A stretch of DNA of 52,454 nt, taken from a virus. Taxonomy: Duplodnaviria; Caudoviricetes. Positions within the stretch are counted from its first letter, which is position 1. Each line of letters starts with the position of its first letter. The stretch spans positions 1 through 52,454 of IMG/VR virus record IMGVR_UViG_3300033067_001680; one strand, written 5' to 3'. The translations under genes and the position numbers were made by a program. Below the pieces are notes generated by a model. The model made no database searches and was not told the DNA's origin. It saw nothing but the letters and a program-made list of their open reading frames with translations. Shown here one piece after another: positions 45,765 to 52,454 of the stretch.

Positions 45765-46474
45765 TTTGCGCCTCCTGCCTTCAGCTCGCCCAGCACGTTG
45801 AGCAGCCCCAGGCCCAAGTCCTTCGTTTTCCCAGCCGCCTTGCGAAGCCGCTTCAGCGCGCGCTGGTACTGGGCCTTGTCTGTGAACGGAATCTCAATCA
45901 CGAAAGGCTTGGGGAGCCGTTCGCTGTCATCACTCACGGTCATGGACCCCAGGCCCGCGGCCACTGGGGACACGTCCGCGGCGCAGAACGCCGTCAGGTC
46001 GTCCACCCCGAAGCCGGTCACCAGGAGCTCGTCCAGGGTGAGCCCGCCCGCCGCAAGGTCGCGCACCTGGAGCCGCGCGATGGTCAGGTCGATCCGCCCG
46101 CGCAGGCGGTTGCGCGCGATCCTGTAGCCGCGGAGCTGTTGGTCTGTCATCTCCCGAACGACGGCCGGGATCATGTCACCGCCCAGGGCGCGCACCGCGC
46201 GCCCGCGGTGGTTTCCATCAGCCATCTCGTAGTCGCAGCCGTCCGGCTGCCCCCCGGGGAGGGGGCGTACTAGAATCGGATGGTCGAAGCCTTCCCGCCC
46301 GATGGAGAGCGTTAGGAGCTGGAAGTCCTCCGGGTCCATCCGGTTTGGGTTCTCCCCGTCTGGCGTGAACCGGATACGGGCGAGCTCCAGGAGCTCCACC
46401 CGGGGCGGGGCCAGGGACCAGTCCGCCGCGATGTCGTCGATGATGGCGCCCACGTCGGGCTTCGGTTGGGTCAT
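45761..46474 (-). CDS. ParB/Srx-like N-terminal domain protein
   Basis: ENPNRM...L..SIGREGFDHPILVR...MADGNHRGRA...IPAVV...NRLRG. Confidence 0.85.
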   Translation of the reverse strand: MTQPKPDVGAIIDDIAADWSLAPPRVELLELARIRFTPDGENPNRMDPEDFQLLTLSIGREGFDHPILVRPLPGGQPDGCDYEMADGNHRGRAVRALGGDMIPAVVREMTDQQLRGYRIARNRLRGRIDLTIARLQVRDLAAGGLTLDELLVTGFGVDDLTAFCAADVSPVAAGLGSMTVSDDSERLPKPFVIEIPFTDKAQYQRALKRLRKAAGKTKDLGLGLLNVLGELKAGGAK

Positions 46475-47052
46475 TCGCTCCACAGCTCCAGCAACACCGG
46501 GTCCGCGGCAAGCCGCTCTTTCAGCTTCGCGCGCATCCGGTAGACGGTCATCACGGGGACGCCTTCCGCGTCCGCCTGCTCGCCCGCGGTCAGCTCCACG
46601 CCGTACGCCACGAGGGCGCGCGCAGCGCCAGCGGCGCCCAGGAGCTCTCGGAGGCGCGCGCGCACGGCCAGAGCCGTCTCGCCCACGTCGGCGCGCTCTC
46701 CGTTCAGCGCGGACACCTCGGGGCGTTCTTCCAGCTCTTCCCCGCGGTGTTTGCACTGGGTGAGCTCCGCAGCGGACAGGCCCGCCAGCACCTTCACGCG
46801 GTGCGAGGCGGACACGGGGGCGCGGAGCTTGTGGACCGCGCGCCACATCGTGCGTGTGGCGACGGTGACCACGTACGACTCCAGGGACGCGCGCGCGGGG
46901 TCGTGCTCCGGCGCGCGGAGCAGCGCCTCCCACGCCGCTTGTTGAAGGTCCGCCCCCGCGTCCGCGGCCCAGGAGCACCGGGCCACGTAGCGAGCTGCAA
47001 CAGCCGACAGGATAGGCGCCGCGAGGGCGCGCACCGCGGGGGTGAGCCTCAT
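46471..47052 (-). CDS. Sigma-70 family (ECF-like) RNA polymerase sigma factor
   Basis: Region 2 (DLQQAAWEALL...DPARASLESYV) and region 4 HTH (LTAGEQADAEGVPVMTVYRMRAKLKERL). Confidence 0.7.
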   Translation of the reverse strand: MRLTPAVRALAAPILSAVAARYVARCSWAADAGADLQQAAWEALLRAPEHDPARASLESYVVTVATRTMWRAVHKLRAPVSASHRVKVLAGLSAAELTQCKHRGEELEERPEVSALNGERADVGETALAVRARLRELLGAAGAARALVAYGVELTAGEQADAEGVPVMTVYRMRAKLKERLAADPVLLELWSE

Positions 47053-47053
47053 G

Positions 47054-47929
47054 TCAGACCCCCTCCAGCGCATCGCCCACCTGGGCAACGGACGCCTCGA
47101 CCAGCCGCACAGAGAGGGCCTCGCCCTTCGCCTTCAGCGTCGCGAGCGAGACGCCCAGAAGCGTCTCGTAACCGGCCAGCTTCTCACCCAAGGCGGCCAC
47201 CGCCGCCTTGCGGGTGGCGAGAGCGCTGGGCTTCAGGTCCACCATGTCCAGCTCCGACTCCAGGGCCTCCAGGGCTTCCGTCGCCTCGCGTTGGAGTGCG
47301 TCCAGCACGGCGGCGACCGTCTCTTGACTGGTCATCGCGGGAATCTCGAAGGTGGCGTGCGCACTCACGGAGCGCGCCAGCGCGGTGTACTTCGTCCAAG
47401 TCGCCAGCGTGTGGCGCGGCACGAAGTAGATACCCCCCGAGTCACGCAGGCTCACCGCGGAGCAGCGCTTCGCCAGCGACACCAGCCACGCGCCCACTTC
47501 GGACGGGGGCTGTGATGCCTGCGCGGCGAGGTATGCCTGGAACACGCGCGTTTTCAGAGCCTCGTCCGTGCCCGTGATGTGCAGCGCCTTCACCTCGTCG
47601 CCCACGAGGGTCACCTCCGCGGTGTTCGCGTAGACCGGGCGCCCGTCCGTGCCGAACGTCTCGCGCACCAGCACGAAGCCGCGCGCGTCCTGGGCCTTCA
47701 GAGGGCGGACCAGGAGGCCAGTCTCCGCCACCGCGTCGCACGCACGCTTCAACGCCGCGCGGGGCGTGGGGTCCGCCGGGAGAAGCTCCGCGGGCAGGCC
47801 AGCCGCCGTCCAGGCGGCGCGCAGCTCGTGGCACTGAACCACGCCACTGAGGCGCCAGTACACGATGGCGCCCGCCTCCGCCTTGTTGGAATCCGTCACT
47901 GCAACCAGAGAGTCCTTCGTGTTGACCAT
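47054..47929 (-). CDS. DUF3150-like protein
   Basis: GAIVYWRLSG...AALKRA...LRDSGGIYFVP plus a C-terminal coiled coil; this family is typically linked to AAA/VWA genes. Confidence 0.6.
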   Translation of the reverse strand: MVNTKDSLVAVTDSNKAEAGAIVYWRLSGVVQCHELRAAWTAAGLPAELLPADPTPRAALKRACDAVAETGLLVRPLKAQDARGFVLVRETFGTDGRPVYANTAEVTLVGDEVKALHITGTDEALKTRVFQAYLAAQASQPPSEVGAWLVSLAKRCSAVSLRDSGGIYFVPRHTLATWTKYTALARSVSAHATFEIPAMTSQETVAAVLDALQREATEALEALESELDMVDLKPSALATRKAAVAALGEKLAGYETLLGVSLATLKAKGEALSVRLVEASVAQVGDALEGV

Positions 47930-47947
47930 GAGTTCCACCGTTCTGCT

Positions 47948-48011
47948 GTTCGCCAGCTCCGTGCTGGCCCTCGGACACTAACCGTTAGCCGCAACCAGTG
48001 CAACCAGAAAA
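47948..48011 (-). promoter_or_regulatory. Cassette element copy 6 (leadered variant)
   Basis: Core at 47991-48011; TTGCAC-17-TAGTGT; same 23-bp leader hairpin as copy 5. Confidence 0.7.
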
Positions 48012-48014
48012 GAG

Positions 48015-48206
48015 CTAGCCCCGAACGAGGGCCACGCAGACGGGCACCCCGCGAGCGCGCAGGGCTCGCGCGAGGGCGTTCGCGTAGTCCTGGGCGGACG
48101 TGTCCTGGGTGAGCGCCAGGGACCGAGTGGCGGCGCGGAGCACGCTCGCGCGCACCCCGCTGACCCGCACCCACCCCCGCGCGCCGAACACAATGGCGGG
48201 CCTCAC
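48015..48206 (-). CDS. Small hypothetical protein
   Basis: GTG overlaps the stop of 48203..48514 (GTGA); 63 aa. Confidence 0.4.
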   Translation of the reverse strand: MRPAIVFGARGWVRVSGVRASVLRAATRSLALTQDTSAQDYANALARALRARGVPVCVALVRG

Positions 48207-48514
48207 AGCCCGCCCTCGGCCGCCGCGAACATCGCCACCGCCTCGTCGTCCATCGCCCAGACCGGGGCGCCCGCCAGGGCCGCCCCCTCGTCGTCCAGCT
48301 CCGGCGCCGCGACGTGTCCCAGCCCGTCGCAGTGGCGGCACGTTGAGCGCACCGTGCGAGTGAAGTGCTCGCCGCGGAGCGGGTTCAGGCAGTCCACTTC
48401 GTCCATCACTTCGCCGGAGCCGTCGCACTCGTCGCACACGACGGTGTTGTCCACCGCCTCCACGATGGATCGGAGGTTCAGGGCGGTGGCGCGGGTATTG
48501 GTCGGGTTCGTCAT
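48203..48514 (-). CDS. Cassette protein with DnaJ-type Zn finger (MTNPTNT...)
   Basis: CDECDGSG and CRHCDGLG motifs; acidic tail. Confidence 0.7.
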   Translation of the reverse strand: MTNPTNTRATALNLRSIVEAVDNTVVCDECDGSGEVMDEVDCLNPLRGEHFTRTVRSTCRHCDGLGHVAAPELDDEGAALAGAPVWAMDDEAVAMFAAAEGGL

Positions 48515-48567
48515 GGTGGGCGCAGCCTGCCATGGACGCGCAACCAGCGCAACCAGAAAACGCACGG
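48501..48567 (-). promoter_or_regulatory. Cassette element copy 7
   Basis: Core at 48540-48560; TTGCGC-17-CAGGCT-9-ATG. Confidence 0.75.
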
Positions 48568-48609
48568 TCACCTTTGCCTACATCCTGACCCCTCAATGGT
48601 CGAGGTGAT

Positions 48610-48654
48610 TGTCATGGTTTGGTCATTGTTGTGTCATGGTTTGGTAATCGTCGC
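48610..48654. repeat. Degenerate 11-bp tandem repeats (iteron-like)
   Basis: GTCATGGTTTG / GTCATTGTTGT / GTCATGGTTTG / GTAATCGTCGC; locally AT-rich. Confidence 0.55.
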
Positions 48655-49100
48655 GGGGGCAGCATTGACAGCACCCCGCGAAACCACGAGGCTCCGGGAA
48701 CCCCTGCCGGACCCGGAGGGGACGGTGGGGAGGGTCCGGGTCCGGGTGGCCTGGGGGTTGGAAGGGGGCGCGGCCAGCGGCCCCCTTCCGATTCCGTACC
48801 CCGCTGGGGGTGTCCGAGGGAGCGAAGCGACCGAGGGACACCCCCAGCGCAGGCGCGCCCACACGCACCCACATGGGGCATCACGGATGTGGGGAGCACT
48901 CTCGACGGTGCAGCGGTCGCTGGTCCTTTGGACCCATCGCCCTCTGCACTATGGGAGCGGCTTCGCCGCTCCCACGACGCAGGGGGGTTGGATTCAAGCG
49001 CCACCCACCCCCCTGCACCCCCCGGGGCTTCCCAGAACGGAGCGCACGGTGCCTTGCGGGCTGCTTCGACGCGCTTTGCGCGCCGCGTGTAGGTGCGTTC
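48651..49100. other. Hairpin-dense non-coding region (candidate structured RNA or origin)
   Basis: Stems at 48707-48745 (11 bp), 48760-48789 (10 bp), 48802-48849 (14 bp), 48868-48893, about 48908-48949, 48952-48974 (10 bp) and 48979-49017; TTGACA at 48665. Confidence 0.5.
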
Positions 49101-49145
49101 ACGACACCGACCGCACGAAGTTCGGCGCGCTTCGATCGCCACTCG

Positions 49146-49181
49146 TTTTCTGGTTGCGCTGGTTGCGGTGCCGGATAGGAT
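49146..49181 (+). promoter_or_regulatory. Cassette element copy 8 (divergent orientation)
   Basis: TTTTCTGGTTGCGCTGGTTGC; TTGCGC-16-TAGGAT. Confidence 0.7.
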
Positions 49182-49237
49182 GGGCGTCGTTCCAAGCAAC
49201 CTCGGCCCCGAGCGGCCCCTCCAGAACGGTGAACACC

Positions 49238-50443
49238 ATGGCCAAGCCCACGAGCGCGAAAGTCTCTTCTGGCATCGGCGCCTCCATCACCCTCGCCCAG
49301 CTCTCAGATGTGGCGCGGGTGCTCTTCCTTGCTCCGAGCGAGGTGGGCAACGGTCAGTCGGGCATCATCTGGGGGCTCCCCGGGGTGGGGAAGAGCGCGC
49401 TGGTGAAGGCCCTCGCGGACCGCTACGGGCTCCCGAAAATGACGCTCTCCCCCGCGCTGCTCGGAGACGGCGCGTTCGGCGTGGTGCCCGTGCCCCAGGG
49501 CGATATGCTGGGCTTCCCTCGCCCCTCGTGGACCTCACGGTTCGACGAGAAAAAGGTGGGCGTGGTGTTCATCGACGAGGCTACGTCGGAGCCCCGCCTG
49601 CTCGCGCCGGTGCTGGGCCTGACCCTGGACCGCATGGTGGGCGACCACTTCCTGGGCGAAGGCGTGCGCGTCATCGCTGCGGCGAACCCTCCGCATTGCG
49701 CGGTCAACGGGGCGGACCTACCCCCGCCGGTGGCGAACCGCCTCGCGCACTTCGTGTTCGACGGCGCGAGCCCCGAGGGGTTCGGCTCCTACCTGCTCTC
49801 GAAGCGCGCGGGCCGCACCGTGGTGCGCGAGCCCATCTCCCTGGAGGACGACGAGCGGCAGGTACGCGAGGGCTGGGACACCCACTATCCGCGCGTCGCC
49901 GCCACGGTGGCGTCCTTTCTGAAAGCGCGCCCCGAGCTTCTCCACGTCATGCCCGCGGCGAGCGACCCGAACGCGAGCGGCCCGTGGCCCTCGCACCGAA
50001 GCTGGGACATGCTGGTCAACGCGCTGACCACCTGCGCCATCCTCGGGTACAAGGGCGAGCTCCCCGCGCTGTTCACGGAGGCGTGGGTGGGGTCGGGCGC
50101 CGCGACGGAGTTCCTGGCCTACGCCGAAGCGAACGACCTGCCCGACCCGGCCGCCGTGCTGGACGGCACGGTGACCTGGGAGCACAGCACCACGCGCCCT
50201 GACCGCACCTACGCCGTGCTGGCCGCGTGCGCCGCGACCGTCGCCCCCGACAAGGCCCCGAAGCGCGACGCTCGCACCGCTCGCCTCTGGGGCATCATCG
50301 GCAAGGTGGTCAACGTGGCCCCGGACCTCGCAGTCACCGCGGTGGCGGAGCTCCGCAAGGCAGGGCTGGCCCGGACGGCGGAGGCGGTCCCCGTGCTGAT
50401 GGCGCTGAAACCCACATTCGAGCGCGCCAAGGTGAACGGCTGA
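49238..50443 (+). CDS. MoxR-like AAA+ ATPase
   Basis: Walker A GLPGVGKS, Walker B VFIDE, AAANP, ANRLAH and WPSHRSW; next to a VWA gene. Confidence 0.85.
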   Translation: MAKPTSAKVSSGIGASITLAQLSDVARVLFLAPSEVGNGQSGIIWGLPGVGKSALVKALADRYGLPKMTLSPALLGDGAFGVVPVPQGDMLGFPRPSWTSRFDEKKVGVVFIDEATSEPRLLAPVLGLTLDRMVGDHFLGEGVRVIAAANPPHCAVNGADLPPPVANRLAHFVFDGASPEGFGSYLLSKRAGRTVVREPISLEDDERQVREGWDTHYPRVAATVASFLKARPELLHVMPAASDPNASGPWPSHRSWDMLVNALTTCAILGYKGELPALFTEAWVGSGAATEFLAYAEANDLPDPAAVLDGTVTWEHSTTRPDRTYAVLAACAATVAPDKAPKRDARTARLWGIIGKVVNVAPDLAVTAVAELRKAGLARTAEAVPVLMALKPTFERAKVNG

Positions 50444-50453
50444 GAGACCAGGG

Positions 50454-50544
50454 CGACGAGGGACCGTACATCCCTCGTCGTTTTCTGGTTGCACTGGTTG
50501 CGAGACTCTGGCAGGCTCCATCTCCCATGACGAACCCGACCAAC
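50454..50544 (+). promoter_or_regulatory. Cassette element copy 9: terminator hairpin fused to the promoter core
   Basis: CGACGAGGGA/TCCCTCGTCG stem (50454-50480) directly followed by TTTTCTGGTTGCACTGGTTGC; TTGCAC-17-CAGGCT-9-ATG ACG AAC CCG ACC. Confidence 0.75.
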
Positions 50545-51804
50545 ACCCTGTCCGTCGAAACCCTCCAGCTTTTCAGCGCGGCCAAGCTCTGGGCGCGCGT
50601 GAAGGCCCCTTACTTCGGGCGGCTCCTGTCCGCCCTGGTGCCGTGCGTGGCCCCGGACGCCATCAAGACGATGGGCGTCACGATGGGCCTGCGGCTTTTC
50701 ATCAACGACGCCTTCGCGCGCTCCCTGACCGTGGAGCTGTTCGGGGCGGTGCTGCTCCACGAGGCGGGCCACGTCATCCGTCGCCACGCGGTGCGGTGCG
50801 AGGCCCAGGGCTTCGACCCCGAGCTGTTCAACATCGCGGGGGACTTGGCCATCAACGACGACATCCGGGCCATGGGCGTGGCCCTGCCCGCGTGCGCCAT
50901 CTTCCCCGAGCTGTACGGGCTCCCGCGCGGGCTGACCGCGGAGGACTACTACGAGCGGCTGGCGAAGCAGGGCGGCAAGCCGAAGCCCCAGCCCGGCGGC
51001 CAGGGTCAGGGCAAGGGGGGCGACAAGGGCCCCGCGATGCCCGGCGACGGCGATTCTTGCGGCTCCTGCTCGGGGCACCGGGCGGAGGGCGAGCCCGCGC
51101 CCGGTGAGGGTGACAGCCCCGAGGGTGAGCGCCCCCAGGTGGAGGTGGCGGCCATCGCCAAGGCGACCGCGGAGGCGGTGCGCCAGTACGCCGCGAAGAA
51201 CGCGGGCAAGGTGCCCGGTGGCCTGCTCGTGTGGGCGGAGGTGTCGGACGCCCCGAGCCCCGTGCGCTGGCAGGACATGCTCGCGCGCGCGGTGCGCCGC
51301 GCCATCGCGTACCGCCCCGGCGGCTCCATGGCGCAGTGGGCGAAGCCCCCGCGGCACCAGGGCGGGCTGGGCTACGGCGCGGGCGCGCCCCGGATGCCCT
51401 CGCACGCGCTCCCCGTGCCGCGCGTGCTGGCCCTGGTGGACACCTCGGGGTCCATGGGCGGCGACCCGCTGGCGGTCGCGATGCGCGAGGTTGGCGCCGT
51501 GCTTCGCGCGGTGGGCGCGCCGGTTGGGTTCGTGGCGTGCGACACCGTGGTTCACAACAGCTCCACGGTGACGAACATGGAGCAGGTCACCTCGCGCCTC
51601 CTGGGCGGCGGGGGCTCGGACATGCGGCCCGCCTTCGATGCCATCGCGGCGCGCAAGGACCGCCCCGGCGTCGTGGTCGCCATCACGGACGGGTATGTGG
51701 CCTACCCCGAGGCGCAGCCCCGGGACTTCCGCGTGGTGTGGGTGCTGGTTGGGGAGACGGTCATGGACCCGCCCTGGGGCGAAGTCCTGCGGGTGCCGAC
51801 GTGA
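50527..51804 (+). CDS. DUF2201-type putative metallopeptidase + VWA domain protein
   Basis: LLHEAGHV (HExxH), NIAGDLAIN, MIDAS VDTSGSM, GGGGSD and ITDGY. Confidence 0.85.
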   Translation: MTNPTNTLSVETLQLFSAAKLWARVKAPYFGRLLSALVPCVAPDAIKTMGVTMGLRLFINDAFARSLTVELFGAVLLHEAGHVIRRHAVRCEAQGFDPELFNIAGDLAINDDIRAMGVALPACAIFPELYGLPRGLTAEDYYERLAKQGGKPKPQPGGQGQGKGGDKGPAMPGDGDSCGSCSGHRAEGEPAPGEGDSPEGERPQVEVAAIAKATAEAVRQYAAKNAGKVPGGLLVWAEVSDAPSPVRWQDMLARAVRRAIAYRPGGSMAQWAKPPRHQGGLGYGAGAPRMPSHALPVPRVLALVDTSGSMGGDPLAVAMREVGAVLRAVGAPVGFVACDTVVHNSSTVTNMEQVTSRLLGGGGSDMRPAFDAIAARKDRPGVVVAITDGYVAYPEAQPRDFRVVWVLVGETVMDPPWGEVLRVPT

Positions 51805-52046
51805 GCCGGGGGCGGCGCATATCCCGACGTGAGCGGACGGAGCCGGACCCGCTCACACCCGCCCGGCGGCGGGACTTCCGCGCGGCCAGCACCTTTCAGA
51901 GCCCGTGGGTCATCCTGGCGTGGTGGAACGCGGAGCGGGCCGCCGGACGCGGCCCCGCGACGGAAGAGGTGATTGACGCCATCGTGGAGCGCCTCGACCT
52001 GGAGGCGCTGGACAAGTCTCTGGACGCTCTCGGGGCGGGCCTATGA
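51801..52046 (+). CDS. Hypothetical protein
   Basis: GTGA/ATGA overlaps on both sides. Confidence 0.45.
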   Translation: MSRGRRISRRERTEPDPLTPARRRDFRAASTFQSPWVILAWWNAERAAGRGPATEEVIDAIVERLDLEALDKSLDALGAGL

Positions 52047-52454
52047 GCCGCCGGACGCGGTGCCGCCGCAGGGTGCGGCTGGTGGACATGGTGGACCGGG
52101 TGCGCTTGGAGCTGGGGCTCGACCGCGGGGACGAGAGGGCGCGGGACGCCACGGTCTGGATGATGGAGCGCGAGGTGTGGTGGGAAGAGTGGGGCGGCAT
52201 CTCGAAGCACGGGCGCCCCCGGCCGGACCCTCGGGTGCTGGAGATGGCGGGTCTGCCGCACGACGGGCGCCACGCGGCGTTGCGTGGGTCCGACCCCATG
52301 CGGGTCACCTTCGTGCGGCCCCTGGCGTTGGCTGTGGTCGCCAGGACGGTGAAGCGGATGCGCGAGCGTTGGGCCTGGGAGAAGCGCAACGAAGAGAACC
52401 ACCAGAAGTGGCTGGCGGCGGAGGCGCTCCGTCTCGCCCTGCTCCCCGTGGACA
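52043..52454 (+). CDS. Hypothetical protein, truncated by the window end
   Basis: ATG overlaps the previous stop; frame open to the end of the window (MSRRTRCRRRVRLVDMVDRV...). Confidence 0.45.
   Translation, partial: MSRRTRCRRRVRLVDMVDRVRLELGLDRGDERARDATVWMMEREVWWEEWGGISKHGRPRPDPRVLEMAGLPHDGRHAALRGSDPMRVTFVRPLALAVVARTVKRMRERWAWEKRNEENHQKWLAAEALRLALLPVD

Noticed and set aside
47899-47912. Tenth copy of the element (GCAACCAGAGAG) inside the DUF3150-like gene
   Set aside because: Only one half-site, in coding sequence, with no -10 or downstream start.
41154-48571. ORF-track N-termini 'MRFLVALVARLWQ...' (41474, 48571 and similar) as a signal-peptide family
   Set aside because: These are translations of the repeated promoter element itself, upstream of the predicted TSS. 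The real starts are the MTNPT ATGs, although read-through use cannot be fully excluded.
48365-49237. 692-aa version of the AAA ATPase and other ORFs across 48.6-49.2 kb
   Set aside because: The extension overlaps an opposite-strand gene, promoter elements and hairpins, and has atypical composition; ATG 49238 is preferred.
1-52454. Integrated prophage with att sites
   Set aside because: No integrase, repressor pair or host genes in the window; lifestyle cannot be determined from this fragment.

Overview
This window is a large part of a high-GC tailed dsDNA phage genome with a contractile (myovirus-type) tail. No host-chromosome genes, integrase, terminase, tRNA, rRNA or CRISPR array are recognisable. 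Positions 1-40.7 kb (+ strand) hold the virion and lysis genes: portal (5' end runs off the window), HNH, MuF-like minor head protein, scaffold, major capsid, neck, sheath, tube, a tail chaperone with a G-GGT-TTT -1 frameshift, an orphan adenine methyltransferase flanked by a 16-bp near-perfect direct repeat, tape measure, baseplate, fibre/appendage genes, two holin-like proteins and a PG-binding endolysin. Positions 40.8-48.5 kb (- strand) and 49.2-52.4 kb (+ strand) form a divergent early/middle region with small unknown ORFs, an NAD-dependent DNA ligase, HTH, ParB-like protein, sigma-70-like factor, DUF3150-like protein, MoxR-like AAA ATPase and a DUF2201/VWA protein. The most striking structure is a nine-copy regulatory element. 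It usually starts with a GC hairpin, then the core TTTTCT[AG]GTTGC[AG][CT]TGGTTGC and a -10 box. Six copies continue 9 nt later into ATG-ACG-AAC-(CCG-AC). It makes unrelated genes into self-contained expression cassettes, six of which start M-T-N-(P)-T. Other notable features are two hairpin-dense non-coding regions (after the capsid gene, and between the divergent early promoters), three Pro-rich microproteins with a shared C-terminal motif in the head cluster, and widespread leaderless-type promoters. A myxobacterial-type host is suggested but not proven. All product names come from motif reading and gene order, not from database searches.
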